DNA of 64,000 nt from Nemertoderma westbladi. Its lineage: Eukaryota; Animalia; Xenacoelomorpha. Where the stretch lies: the NCBI GenBank assembly GCA_032718475.1, contig JAUCBJ010000852.1, forward strand, positions 1 through 64,000, written 5' to 3'. The position numbers were made by a program, and so were the translations under genes. The notes under the pieces are model-generated. The model was not told the origin of the DNA, made no database searches, and worked only from the letters and a program-made list of their open reading frames with translations. Each line of letters starts with the position of its first letter. Positions within the stretch are counted from its first letter, which is position 1. Below are positions 25,550 through 37,500 of this stretch, piece by piece.

Positions 25550-26080
25550 GTGCCATCCAGACTGAGGTGTACAAGGGAACTTTCACCTTGTGATTTTCTA
25601 GGAGTTCATAAATGTGACAGAGCGGCATGTGTACCCTGTAAAGTATTATTACCTTTAAAATATGTCAGCTCAACAACTAACAAAAGCCACAGGGTTTATA
25701 TAAAGAATGATTTATCTTGCAATGCTAAAAATGTTATTTATGTGGTGACTTGCCTTAAATGTAACTTATTTGGTATCGGTTCAACAAAGGACTTAAAGCC
25801 TAGGATAGCCAACTACAAGACAAAGATAATTAATGACAAACCATCGACTGCCATCGACAGACATTTTACTACCTCGGGTCATTCTTACAATGCACACTTC
25901 AGAATTACACCATTTGATTGTCTACCGATCTCAGCAAACAAAAAACTGAACCGAGGGAGAATTAAAGAGGGAGAATGGCAGTGCCGGTTGGAAACTTTAC
26001 AACCAATGGGTTTGAATGTTCTCAACGAGGCAGTGATCAATAACTTTGGACTTGATGTTTTCAATCCTAAAGAATTATAA
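25550..26080 (+). mobile_element. Penelope-like retroelement 3' fragment, GIY-YIG endonuclease
   Basis: C..C..C motif, CNAKNVIYVVTCLKCNLFGIGST..LKPRIANYK, KEGEWQCRLETLQPMGLN; no RT. Confidence 0.85.
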
Positions 26081-26164
26081 AGATTAAAGATTCACAGATT
26101 TAAAAAACTCATTAGTTGCTAGGGTAGTATTATTATTTGTAGTGCATTAATTCTAGAATATCGT

Positions 26165-26204
26165 TTATTTGAAAACGATAGAGAGAGCTATCGAAAGCTA
26201 ATAA
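26165..26204 (+). ncRNA. Degenerate minimal hammerhead ribozyme downstream of the Penelope-like ORF
   Basis: ttat-TTGAAAA-c-gatag(agagag)ctatc-GAAA-gc-TA-ataa: stems and GAAA in place but core CUGANGA mutated at two positions. Confidence 0.4.
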
Positions 26205-26399
26205 TAAAAAAATAAATTTTTAGTGATTGATCATATAAGTTGTCACTTTTTGAAATCTTAAAATATTATTATATATATATATATATATATACGTATATGT
26301 ATTGTATTTTGTATATACAAAAATATGTACAAGCATTTTAAATGTTTTACAATGTAATGAGTTATTGTACAATATCATGGTATAATACAGTAGGCCTAC

Positions 26400-27430
26400 A
26401 TGTAATACATATCAGAAAAAAACCAGTATATTTGATGTGCTATATACAGTCTGTATCTACAGATGGCAGTCATGTGCGTGTGTGGTAACCCATAAAACAT
26501 TTCACATGTATGGGTGGGTACCTGACATTTCCCGCAGATCATTCGCGTATATTTCTTGCAGTGTTTGCACACTCGGATGAGTCCCGCATTACTAACAAGA
26601 TCGTGACCAACACCATCATAGCGAATGTCTGGTATCACAGACCTAACTGGGCAGGGTTCCAACCTCTGATCTCAGCATTGCCTGCACCACAACTCGATAG
26701 AAATCTATTTGCTTCACCTTAGAATCGGCATGACTGATTTGGAACAATCGCCAGGATGCTACCATCACCACATTGAAGGCATGTATAAGAAGAGGAAAAT
26801 ACCACTTCTTCCCATGTATGGATGGGCGAACGTTGGATAATGCCCTGTCTACCAAGTCCACCCCTCCCATATGTTTATTGTACAGCTTGACAGCCAATGG
26901 CTGACTTATGGCAGTCTTGCTCCAGCGGTTTACATGCTGGATAGGTTCTACACCAACAGCGTTACTCCCCATCGTTACGACCGAGTTGTCATTCCACCGA
27001 ATAAACTCAATACCATCACCTGTACGATAGTCGAAAGTACCACGTTCTCTCTTCTTCATAACATCGACAGCTAGGAGGGGACAGCCCCCAATCCTATTTA
27101 CTCGAACTGTGCCTGTAGCACTAAAACCAATTGTTGACAACTTTTGAAGTAGGTCAACAGACGTAAAAAAGTTGTCGAAGAAAACATGGTGCCTGCTGGG
27201 GTTCTCACAAACCTTCAGACCACCTAGCACTACCTGCATTCCCAGTGGATATTCATTCCGGTTTGACCACTGGAGATCTTCCTTCATATTATATGTGGAC
27301 ACAGTATGGATATGGAGCTGCCTGTCATCCAGCATTTAAACCCAAACCTTACAGGTTTATTACGAATGAATTGCTTGCATGAATGATGGCCATAATATGG
27401 GACCATACATTCATCGACACTAAGGTTGGT
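26400..27430 (-). mobile_element. Second piggyBac-like transposase fragment (C-terminal ~60%)
   Basis: VDECMVPYYGHHSCKQFIRNKP (~27420-27355), FFDNFFTS, RWNDNSVV, YNKHMGGVDLVD, C-terminal CKHC..C.KC; frameshifts. Confidence 0.9.
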
Positions 27431-28506
27431 ATGCACGCACAACCCCATTAGCTAAAGTTTAGGAAAAGTCATAAAATTTCAGATTCCCAACTGCGTTTGT
27501 TTCAGAATTATAATAAAAAAACCACGGGGGGGGGGGGGGGGGGTCATATTGACCCCCCCCCCCCCCCCGGGTTTAATAGAGTGAAAATATTGTAGAAGGA
27601 GGTAGCATTACCATATGTATGCGGTTCGCAGATCGCTGACAACACTGCAATGCATGCAGTTATTCTTTCTGTTAGCTATGGGCCAGCAGGGAAGAAAAAG
27701 GCAGCTGGAGCACCAACTGCCAAAAAACAGCGCACTTCATATCACACGCTGTTGTTCGCCCTGTAATTTAATAAAATATTTAATAATTAAATTGAATATT
27801 GAAATTGAAATTAATACCTTTTTTGAAATAATATGTTACCCACTTAATATACATTTAACAGACGTGAAACACAGGATTCGATTTTCAGGAATTATAAAAA
27901 TACCATAGCATCATTTAAACTGTTAAATTTTTTTTTTTAGTTACAATTACGTACGTCAAATTTTTAGCAGTTTATATTCATTATCAAATTACAAATTTTC
28001 ATTAAGTATTATAGTCAAACAGGTATTAAGTTAATCCAATGCAGCTGCCTAAAGTTAGTTATTCTAATAATGCCTGAAATGGCGGTTAGACTATGTAGTA
28101 CAGTAGAGTTTAATCTACCACCCGTCTATACGTGCCTCCACCACCGCTGCGCTGATGCCGGTCTCCCTCAAGCTACGCGAGTTCAACTTTGCCCTTGAAC
28201 TCCGTGCGCCTCTCAAGCACATTATTGATGCCCGTAGTATAAATGTATAAATATAATGAGTTTACCTCATTATTCTTCGATAAAGCGCACCTAGAAGTGA
28301 GTAATAAATAAATAGGAAATGTACCTTATGTGTAAAGTAAAGCACCAGTGTCTATTGTAACGGAAAACAAGTTGACTTTCAGTGTGATGAAAGATCTAGA
28401 CATATAAAGTAGTTGACTTTCAGTGTGATGAAAGAGTCTAGACATATAAAGTATCTTTTCTATTCTTCCCTATATTGATTTTACAGAGCTCTAATGTTAA
28501 AGTTTA

Positions 28507-29476
28507 TTAGATAAAATATATTACGTCCCCCTTGTCGGCAATGGACGACTTTGCCCTTTCAAGAGCCTTCTGGTATCTAGGTTTCCTTCTGACTGCCTGG
28601 ATAGCATTAAGGGTTTGACCTGTTCCCTCGGTCTTACTCCAAAGGCGTGGTGCAATTGAGGGCGCCTTGAAGTCTACTCTCATAGCTGCTTCCCGCTTTG
28701 TGAGTTCATTGATCTCTGATTTAGTCCAGCGAGATTTCCTTCCTTTTCTGGTTGCTCCTGTTTGGTCAGTGTCCACATCCTGCGGATTTGTGGATGACAA
28801 CTCTGGACTACATACTTTTTCGACTAGCTTAAGAGGACAGCTAGATGATATAACCGGTTCCCTGGGTGGAATTGTCTTGTGACAGGATTCGCTTCGCTCT
28901 TCCTCAGAGTCTGAACTGTTAGAGGGCCGCTTAGTTCGGCCCTTACGGCTTCGACTGATCGATCCTACTGGTTCGGGTAACATCACCAGTTTTCCTTTCA
29001 CGTCCCCCTGAATCCACTTCATAATCCTGTTTATCCCGAAATGGAGGGGGGGTCCTAGGGGGGACTCTTTCATCGTCTGTCTCTTTACGTTCACTGAGGA
29101 TGTCATTCAGAGTGTCTCTGTACCTCTTGAGCTTACGACAAGCTCTTATGGCATCTTGAGTTCTGCCAGGCACCACTTTGAGTTCGAGTAGTTCCATATT
29201 TTTGAATTTGCACCTAGGTGATAGGTTACTCTCCGCATTGGCTAGTCTCCAAATCTCCTCTTCATTCCACCTGACATTGACTCCTGGAGCCATGTTATCC
29301 TCGCAATATTCATTAGGGTGGCGCCTGCGGGTGTGGAGGCTGGCTGCTGCCTTGGACCCCCAGGAAGTGCTGCACCATTTACAGTAAATTCGATTTGGTG
29401 TGCCAGTGTGTTCCCTTGTCAAAGGTGAGGGTGGTGGTTGCTCGTCCGAGCCTTCCTCACTGCTCTTGTATGACAT
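28507..29476 (-). mobile_element. R2/NeSL-type non-LTR retrotransposon N-terminal fragment (C2H2 finger + two Myb-like repeats), no RT
   Basis: CKWC..SLHTRRRHP, RWNEEEIWRLANAE..PGRTQDAIRACRKLKRYR, second RWTKSEINELTKREA..TLNAIQAVRRKPRYQ; one frameshift; ends abruptly at ~28520. Confidence 0.75.
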
Positions 29477-30048
29477 GTCACATTATTTCAGCGTCGTCTG
29501 CAGTAATGTGTTTAAGGGTCACCTTGCAGAGGCAAGGTTTACACGCGTTATGGTTGGGTATATCCCCTTAAATAGACCTTTCGGGTTTCTAGCTTTTCTG
29601 GCTAGTCAGTTCTCTGTGTTCAACCAGAGGTCCGTGAATCGCACACATAAAGTATGAGTTTCGGGTTTAGTCTTTCAGTATTATCTAATACTAATTCTCC
29701 GAGGAGTTTCTGACTATGGATGTCAGTCCCTTTGTCTTCGAATATTATTTCTTTATATCGCTGTGTCACTAATCATTAAACACCAATGTAAGTCGGGCTG
29801 TTGCCTAATCTTAGAAGGTAATCCTTTGCGCTGTTCCTTAATATTTGAATGGTCAGTGCACAAATTAGCCCAAAGGCGGCCCGAAGGCTCCCTAAGGTTA
29901 ACAGCCTGAGGGTGGATATCCCAGGAGAATATCCGGACCCTTTGTGCACCTAGCGACAGCCAAAAAGTTTCAATACTTGAAACACCGGATCGCGGCAAAA
30001 CAATTTATCTACACTTTTCAATAACAGCTGTAGCCATCAGGCCAATAC

Positions 30049-30377
30049 GGTTACTGAAATTAGTAACTGGTTACTGAAATTAGTAACTGGGTACTGAAAT
30101 TAGTAACTGGGTACTGAAATTAGTAACTGGTTACTGAAATTAGTAACTGGGTACTGAAATTAGTAACTGGGTACTGAAATTAGTAACTGGGTACTGAAAT
30201 TAGTAACTGGTTACTGAAATTAGTAACTGAGGCCTACTAAAATTAGTATCCGGGTACTGAAATTAGTAACTGGTACTAAAATTAGTAACTGGGTACTAAA
30301 ATTAGTAACTGGTTACTGAAATTAGTAACCGGATACTGAAATTAGTAACTGGTACTAAAATTAGTAACTGGGTACTA
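30049..30377. repeat. 20-bp minisatellite gg(g/t)tactgaaattagtaact, ~16 units
   Basis: Directly visible. Confidence 0.92.
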
Positions 30378-31633
30378 AACTGGGTACTGGGTGCTTTGAG
30401 GGCCTTTGTGAGTATATTGAGGGGGTTGGGGTCTATCAGGCAGGTTGTTGTCATTGAGGTCACGTAATACACTATAGTAATTCCTGTCAGCTAGCTCAAT
30501 TGTTTCTTTTGATGAGCGGACATTAGCATTGGTGGGGTTGCAATGGGCCTTGTCCTTGGATTGGCGGTGGTTAGTAGGGTTGCAGTGCGTCACATCTTCT
30601 GATGGATGGTTGCTGTTGGAGTTACTGTGTCTCTGTCCCCACATTGTATGAGTTTGGGGTTTGGGTACATTCGTCTATTACTAGCCAAGTATTACTGAGT
30701 TCGTTGTCGTCTAGGAAGGGAGTTGTGGTCACTGTCGATTTGTTGCTGACATCTTTCACTGTGGTCTGATATTGCTGCATTTTGCGTTCGATCACGAGAC
30801 GTGCATGCCGCTCGTGCTGTAATTCGTCCGCTAGATTTTGGAAGCGTGTAGTTAGGTTGGCATAGTTAGCCTCAGATTTGCAAAGTCTTGTCTGTAAAAC
30901 AGATATAGTATTTATCATATCATTCCTGAGGTGGTCAAAGTCTGCTTTAAGGTCAGTGGTAGTGTGTGGTGTATTGTCGTGTTTTAGCCTTTTTTTGCAG
31001 TTTTCCGTAAAGTTGTTTTCATATTTGCATTTGTAGAGCTCAATAATGTCGTGTGCCATTTCAAGTGATGATGATCGTGACCTGAGATGCAGAGAGGCGC
31101 TGTTCACGGGAGACATAAGAAATTTAGTGCTGTCAAACAGGTGTTCTCTTAGTTTATGTTGAATATCTATTGCAAACTTTGCTACTATGGCCCCAACATC
31201 CTTTCTTGGTCGCATAGCAGCGTCATGCAGGATAGAGTAGGGCTTAATAAGGGACAGTGGTGTGTTGTCTTCATCCACATTCGCTACACTGTGTGTATTG
31301 TATGGGGGGGATAATGTCTGATTATATATCTGAGGGATATCACTGGGTGCTGTATTATGGAATTCATCTATTATTTTTACCGATTTCAGAGTACTTTCCA
31401 GCCATGAGCGTAGTTTTACACTATTAGTGTGTACTGATTGTAATCATGTAGAATCGGTAGTCTTGGCAAGGGCAAAAGTCTTCATCATTTATCAAATGTT
31501 TGTTAACGAAATTAATCAATAATAGATTGAACAACGTTTCAATTGTAACAAATTTTTCTATATTATGGGAAATTGTGTCAAAATTTAGTTCCCAAAATAT
31601 TAACTGGGGAGGTTTTCTTCTAAGTTTCTCCAT
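30375..31633 (-). mobile_element. Probable LINE (CR1/L2-like) ORF1 remnant
   Basis: Collinear ORFs with coiled-coil heptads (LQTRLCKSEANYANLTTRFQNLADELQHE) followed by an NYYSVL motif resembling the NRF/YxxL motif of LINE ORF1; weak evidence. Confidence 0.4.
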
Positions 31634-32257
31634 TACATTTCTAATTTCGTCTCTAGCCGTTTTATTTAGACAACTACCAGAAACCGATGTTATTCAATTA
31701 ACCTCACGTCGTGATATTAAATTTAGATAGAACTCTTTCTAGATAAAATATATAGAAAATTCTAGAAAAAATAGAAATATCTATCATTTTTTTTTCAAAA
31801 AATACTAGCTATTAAAAAAACACACTAGCTACCATAAAAAAATATCTATTAAGGTTCTAGAACATTCACCAATATCCAAAAAAACACTATAAAGCAATAT
31901 TATATTTTTTAATTTTCAAAAAATAGTAGCTAGTAAAAAAAACGAGCTACCATTAAAAAATTTATACTAAGGTTCTAGAACAATCACCAATGTTCTACAA
32001 CATAATAAAATGGCATAAAACACAATAAATTTACACAAATGTGCTGTATACATACATACTGTACTAGTACTGGTTATACATAATACTTGTACCAATATCA
32101 CAAAATTACTAGCTACCATCTTGCTGTCAAAAGGTCAAAAGGTCAAATATTTATTTCTAGAACATAAAACCACTTGGCACAGTAATAACTACTGAAATAA
32201 TACAATAGTATTCAAGTGCATGGTGGTGTTCTTATTTGATAAATAATAAACATTGTT

Positions 32258-32269
32258 AGCAATAGCAAG
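32258..32269 (+). promoter_or_regulatory. Putative viral segment terminus AGCAATAGCAAG
   Basis: 10/12 identical to the influenza A conserved end AGCAAAAGCAGG, 25 nt upstream of the PB1 ATG, at the boundary with AT-rich host-like DNA. Confidence 0.7.
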
Positions 32270-34500
32270 AGGTTCAGATACAATGTTTTCCAAACTAGCC
32301 AATAAGGCCTTAGGTCCAATAGTTAATAACCTGTACGCTTATGTAGGCGCACCTCCTGTTCGAACCGGGACCTGTACGCGGTATGTTTTAAATACCGCGG
32401 TGCGAACTCTAAAATATCATGGGACCAGCAACGATTCCCCTTATACCAGGACGACGGACTGGAAAGAGTTAAATCTCAATCACAACCTTATCAATTCTAA
32501 GGTAGACCTAGACATTGTCCAGGGATGCGCCGCACTGTACCGAGAGGGACTAAAAACAGACCCCGACTCCCTGCTTGCGACCTGGGTGGATAAGTTAAGT
32601 ATTCGGCGTGCTGATGAGCTCCAAAAGGGAAGAATGACATACTCCCCATTCTTAGACGTAAACATACCCGCTGCTGACGCATATCTTGAGACACATCAAT
32701 TCCTCGAAAAGAACCTGGGGTACCCCATCGGTCCTAGCTATTTTGACCATATGCGTGCGACCTTAGCCGTATTATCGCTTCCCGTTGTATACTACCGAGT
32801 TAATACAATCGGAGGATTTGTCCAGAAAGAATTCTCTCAAGAGCAATTGTGGAACCGTATTACAACACTATCTACCTTTATAAAGCAACTTGAAAGAGGT
32901 CAAAAAGACGCACGCTCTATCGCGTTGCCATGCATAATATTTCGCTTCTTCCAGTACGCAATTGAAGAACTGTCAAAGATTACCTTAGAAAAGCACGAGG
33001 GAAGTGCGTTGAAGGCCGGGACTGTCGACAAGGTGTCTAAAATCTATGGCAAAGTCACTGAGATCTCTGACAATCTATGCATGGTCATCACAGGTGATAA
33101 CTCCAAGTGGAACGAGTGCGTCTCAATTCCCGCTTTAGTCCGGATTCTAATGACAATTTTTAAGAATTGCGACACACATAATTACCAGACACTAACAACT
33201 ATCTGCTTGATGCTCGAAAATCTGTTTGAATCCAAGAGCCTGAGATTGGGGAAGGGGTTATCGGTAAAGGACAAAAATGGGGTGTTAACCAATGGCGCAA
33301 TTACCAGGGAATTAATCAGGCTTTGTCCGGATGTACACAATATCGTAGATGGCTACCAGGACTTCATAAACGAAGAAGAGCAAACAATTTGGGTCCCCCC
33401 AGGGATGGTGATGGGGATGCTCAATACTGGGTCTACGCTAGTGGGAATGGTCTGTTCACTTCCTGAATACCTTATGAAGATCCAAAGTAGTGACGACTTC
33501 GTTTCAATATTGAAAGCAGAGTTAGTCGTAAAGGAGTACGCCAGGGAATGGATTAAAGCAAACCAACCGGACGATTGGCAAGAAATCTTGGAGAACCACC
33601 GGAAAGTTAAGTTCTTTTCAATGTGTCTAGCTGCTACTGCTACAAGCCTTTTTGAAAGAGCCTTAAGACCAATGATTCAATACCCAAAACCTACAGTATC
33701 GAGAAAGGGGATTACTGGGAATATAATTCTGTCCATAATTTAGGTAAATACCTGGGAAACTTCTCGACAGAGTTACCAACTCTACTCCCATTGGGTAAAA
33801 ACCCATCTGTGGATTTGGAATGCCTCGCTAAATCACTAAGAGAGAGTTGTCAGAAGGGGGCATTGGACCCTTGTTTGGTCCCAATCGCACTAGGTATTGT
33901 CGAGCGTAACTACAAACTAGATTACTTTGCCAATCCCAACCCGAGGGGCGTTGCTCACATGCGCGGCCCGGTTCTGAGTAAGCTATACGAAGAGACACCC
34001 AATCTGAGTGTTAATTCTACTCATCCTTGCCACGGTGGTCCCTTATTATGGTCCACTAGTACTCTTACTTGCAATCACTGGGCCTAGGATGGCATCTAGG
34101 CATATACCCCGACTTATATATACAAAGGGTTATGAACCCCATCAATCCCACCAATTTTACTTCGGATAATAAAGACCTAGTATTGTTTTCGAGCAGTAAA
34201 CGCAGCGAGGTTGAAGCTGAATTCTCTCCAGGATGCATGTCAATAGCTTTCAGGGACAATCGTAAATGTTTGAACACTACCCAAGGAAACCTTAGGATCA
34301 ACCGTGCACGCAAATATAGAAGGTTCAACACCGGACTGGGGAAATGCGCAAGGGACGTAGCTATGTTTAACATGCAAAGTACAGCTTCAGTAGCCAAGAC
34401 ACTGTATAATAGATACAGCGCTGTAAATGAACTGTCTGAGTTGACACCCGATGAGGGGAACGCATTAAATGAGTTAAAACAGATTTGTGATACATTGTGA
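32258..34500 (+). pseudogene. PB1: Endogenous viral element: near full-length orthomyxo-like (Articulavirales) PB1 RNA-dependent RNA polymerase segment, two frameshifts
   Basis: ATG 32283; N-term YAYVGAPPVRTGTCTRYVLNTAVRTLKY (influenza [28 protein letters not shown]); motif F KQLERGQKDARSIA; A ITGDNSKWNE (33093); B GMVMGMLNTGST; C IQSSDDF (33483); after a shift at ~33670 SIPKTY..WEYNS..GNFSTELP..GKNPSVD; after a shift at ~34083 RVMNPINP, DNRKCLNTTQ; stop 34500. Confidence 0.95.
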
Positions 34501-34508
34501 ATATATAT

Positions 34509-37500
34509 TAGGGTGCATCATTTGCCCCACGATTTTCAAAACTTTTATAGATTGTCTTGTACCTCGGCAAAATAGTTCCTTTTAATGAAAAAATCAAGTA
34601 TGTGAAATATTACCTCAAAATATTTATGTCTACCTGGTCCACCAACTTCATTAATAATGCCCCCTGTAGCGACACTTCGATGCGATTATAAGCTATAAGC
34701 AATTTTTGAGATAGCGAATATTTGGCACCCCTGTGTTAATGACTGAATGATATTAACTCAATAGATCCACAATTGTCGACTTAGTGGGGGTAGACACATT
34801 CAATTTAAGGATCGAGTGATCAGTTCTTGAGATATTACATAAGATGAATAGACTCTCACTCTCACAATGCAACATAACTACAGCAATGAAATGGGTATTC
34901 ATTAAAAGTAAAATGTAACATACTTATAATAGATCAAACAATCAAGAATTATGCTCTTTCAAACCACAATGGACCATTTAGATCCTTGAGTCCTAATCAA
35001 TCAATTTTTACTTCATCTATTTATTGTGATACTTTAAAAATTTGAGTCAACTTGCTATATAATAATATAGTATTATATAATCAATGTTATGTTCATCATA
35101 CTATTTCGATTATGATAAAAGTAAACTCAAAATTTCGGTTACAGAGACTACATTACTAAATCAACAACTGAATCAACAACTAGCTAATATATTCACTAAT
35201 ATATAGAAGCTGACAATAAAATGTTCATAATAATTGGATGAGTTCATGACAGTCCGTCTCTGAATCATTTCTTTCCATACTGCTTCTTCCGCTTTCTTAA
35301 GTTCGGCATGGATTTACGATCCCTCTCCACTACTTGTAGTACATTCTGGAAATGTTCTTCTTTCTTTGCAGCCTCCAAAAAGTCGGAACTCAATTTGACA
35401 CCCCTCTCTGAAATATCATTTAAATTATTGATGGCCTTTATATTTTCTAATGAGTTTTTATATACCTCCAGGGTCGACCAGTCATTCACATTGGTATTCA
35501 AGAAAGAGCTGTCTAGTTTCAAGAGATGAAATGTATACCATGAGTCTGGACCAACAAGATCTGGTAGTGTGGTTGATGGAGAAATGTCTGGAAATTTGGG
35601 TTTCCCATAACTTGTTCCAAATCTATTCTGTGGAGCATTGGGTAGCTCTTTAGGTTTGATGTTCAACAGTGCATCAGCAAGCGCACGTTTCTCATGATTA
35701 GTCAGTTTGCTACTGAACAGAGCCAATGGTATATATTCTTCAGTGAGATACCAGAGGTGTCTATTCAGTGCTTTCAATGCACTACTTGACACCTGTGGGT
35801 TAAGTTCTGCATAAGAAACAATATTGCGATAAAGAATGAGATCATTGATAGGAGCATCAATCGTATGTCCACAGGAAAACCACCAGCTGCTATAAATCAA
35901 AGTGACAAAGTTAGTAAATTCACGAAGCTTAGTCATCTGGTATTTGGATGCAATGGTTCCCTTTGGTAGAAGATTGATCTGTTTTTCCATCAAACACATC
36001 TTCAGAGCATACAGTAACTTGCTCATCCATCTAGCTTTGTGCATTGCACCAGGATATTTGAACTTGTATGGGTGTTCCTGATCCTTTCCAAGAAAAACTT
36101 CACAAAGTTTAGCAAATTCAGCATAGTCTTCCCTACAATACTCTGCTGTTGATTGTGATTGTAAGAGGACATCATTTTTCCAGTTATTAACAATAGTTGT
36201 GGTTTCTAAATTCTCAGACACAGAAAGACCAGACAATTGGTGAACATCATAATCACTTTCAAGCATCTGGAAATGTTTTTGAAATCGAACAAAAATCATG
36301 ATCTCAGGAGATTGGGATACCTCAATGTATAAATCAGTGAACACCTGTGTTAATATGATCTCCCCTATGTGGTGGCGACACCCCGACCATAGAAGAGCTC
36401 GATCTAGTCTTTGCTGAACTGATATACAAGCTGCAGAAATGTGGCCAGTGTTACTTGATGTTGTATCAAAAACGAGGTTGACAATGGATTCCGTACACCC
36501 CCATTTATCTAACAGTTCACCTGTTTTCTCAGATATGATAGAACCAGTGGTTTTATCTGACCCTGGTTTGTATGCTGGTACACCAAGCAGTTTTGTATCT
36601 GTACTTGTACCAACATAGACAGCAAGTCGCTCTTCTGCATCATACTTGTTTTGTAATGTTGGTAGGAGCTTGTTATCCCAATGAAGAGAAGCAAATTTCG
36701 GAGGAACCCACTCACAACGTGTTGTTGTAGCAATCTCTTCATTCACTGTCCTACGGGCTTTATCAGCTGTCGCATATGATGTTGAGATTTTTGTCTTATC
36801 ACCCCCTGAAACTTCAACAATAGCTTCAGTAAATGCAGCCTGCTGAGCTGGAGTCATTTTGATCCTTGTGGCTAAGGACACAATTTGTGGCGATTTCAGA
36901 ATATCATGAGGGATAAAAGCTTGTGTTCCAGTGAATTTGGTCCTGTGATGACTGCAATAAGTGGTAGTACTACTGCTTGGTTGGTCCGTGGCAGTACATC
37001 CCTCATTGCTGCTTTCATCTGTGGAAGTGTCAATGTCTAGTAATGCACTCTGAGGATTATCTGCAATAGCCTGTGCATTTTTTAACCTTTTTTCACATAT
37101 TTGATGGCGATCTTTAATTCGTTTCACTTTCGCAGCAAGGAGCTTATCAAAACTTCCCATGGTTGCCTGCCTGTCACCCATCATTGACTTCAGAAACTCT
37201 AAATCATCTTTATTTTTAATTGTTTCTAAGGCATCTGTTGTCCACAGTTGGAAAGTTTTATCAAGTGTAAATTGTGCTGCCTGCAATCTTTCAATTATGG
37301 TTGTATTGTTTCGACGTGATAATGGTATTTGCCGAAGTTTGGCATTTTCATCCATTAGTTTTATTATTTTCTGAGCCGCTTTCTTCTGGGTCATCATTGG
37401 AATATTAGCTTTGGAATAAAATACATTTATTTGACTTAAAACTGCCATAGCTGAATCCCACTTAAATGGTGTTGTTATTTTTTTTGACATGCCTTCTTGA

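Noticed and set aside
28120-28235. GC-richer open stretch (TAALMPVSLKLREFNFALELRAPLKHIIDA) as a host exon
   Set aside because: No convincing splice sites or recognisable homology; too short to call.
32253-34500. PB1 as contamination by a live virus
   Set aside because: It carries two frameshifts and is contiguous with host transposon DNA; an RNA virus would not be in a DNA assembly otherwise.
35308-37374. Short plus-strand ORFs overlapping the hATm transposase (likewise antisense ORFs over BEL, IS3EU and PB1)
   Set aside because: Antisense or shifted-frame shadows with no motifs.
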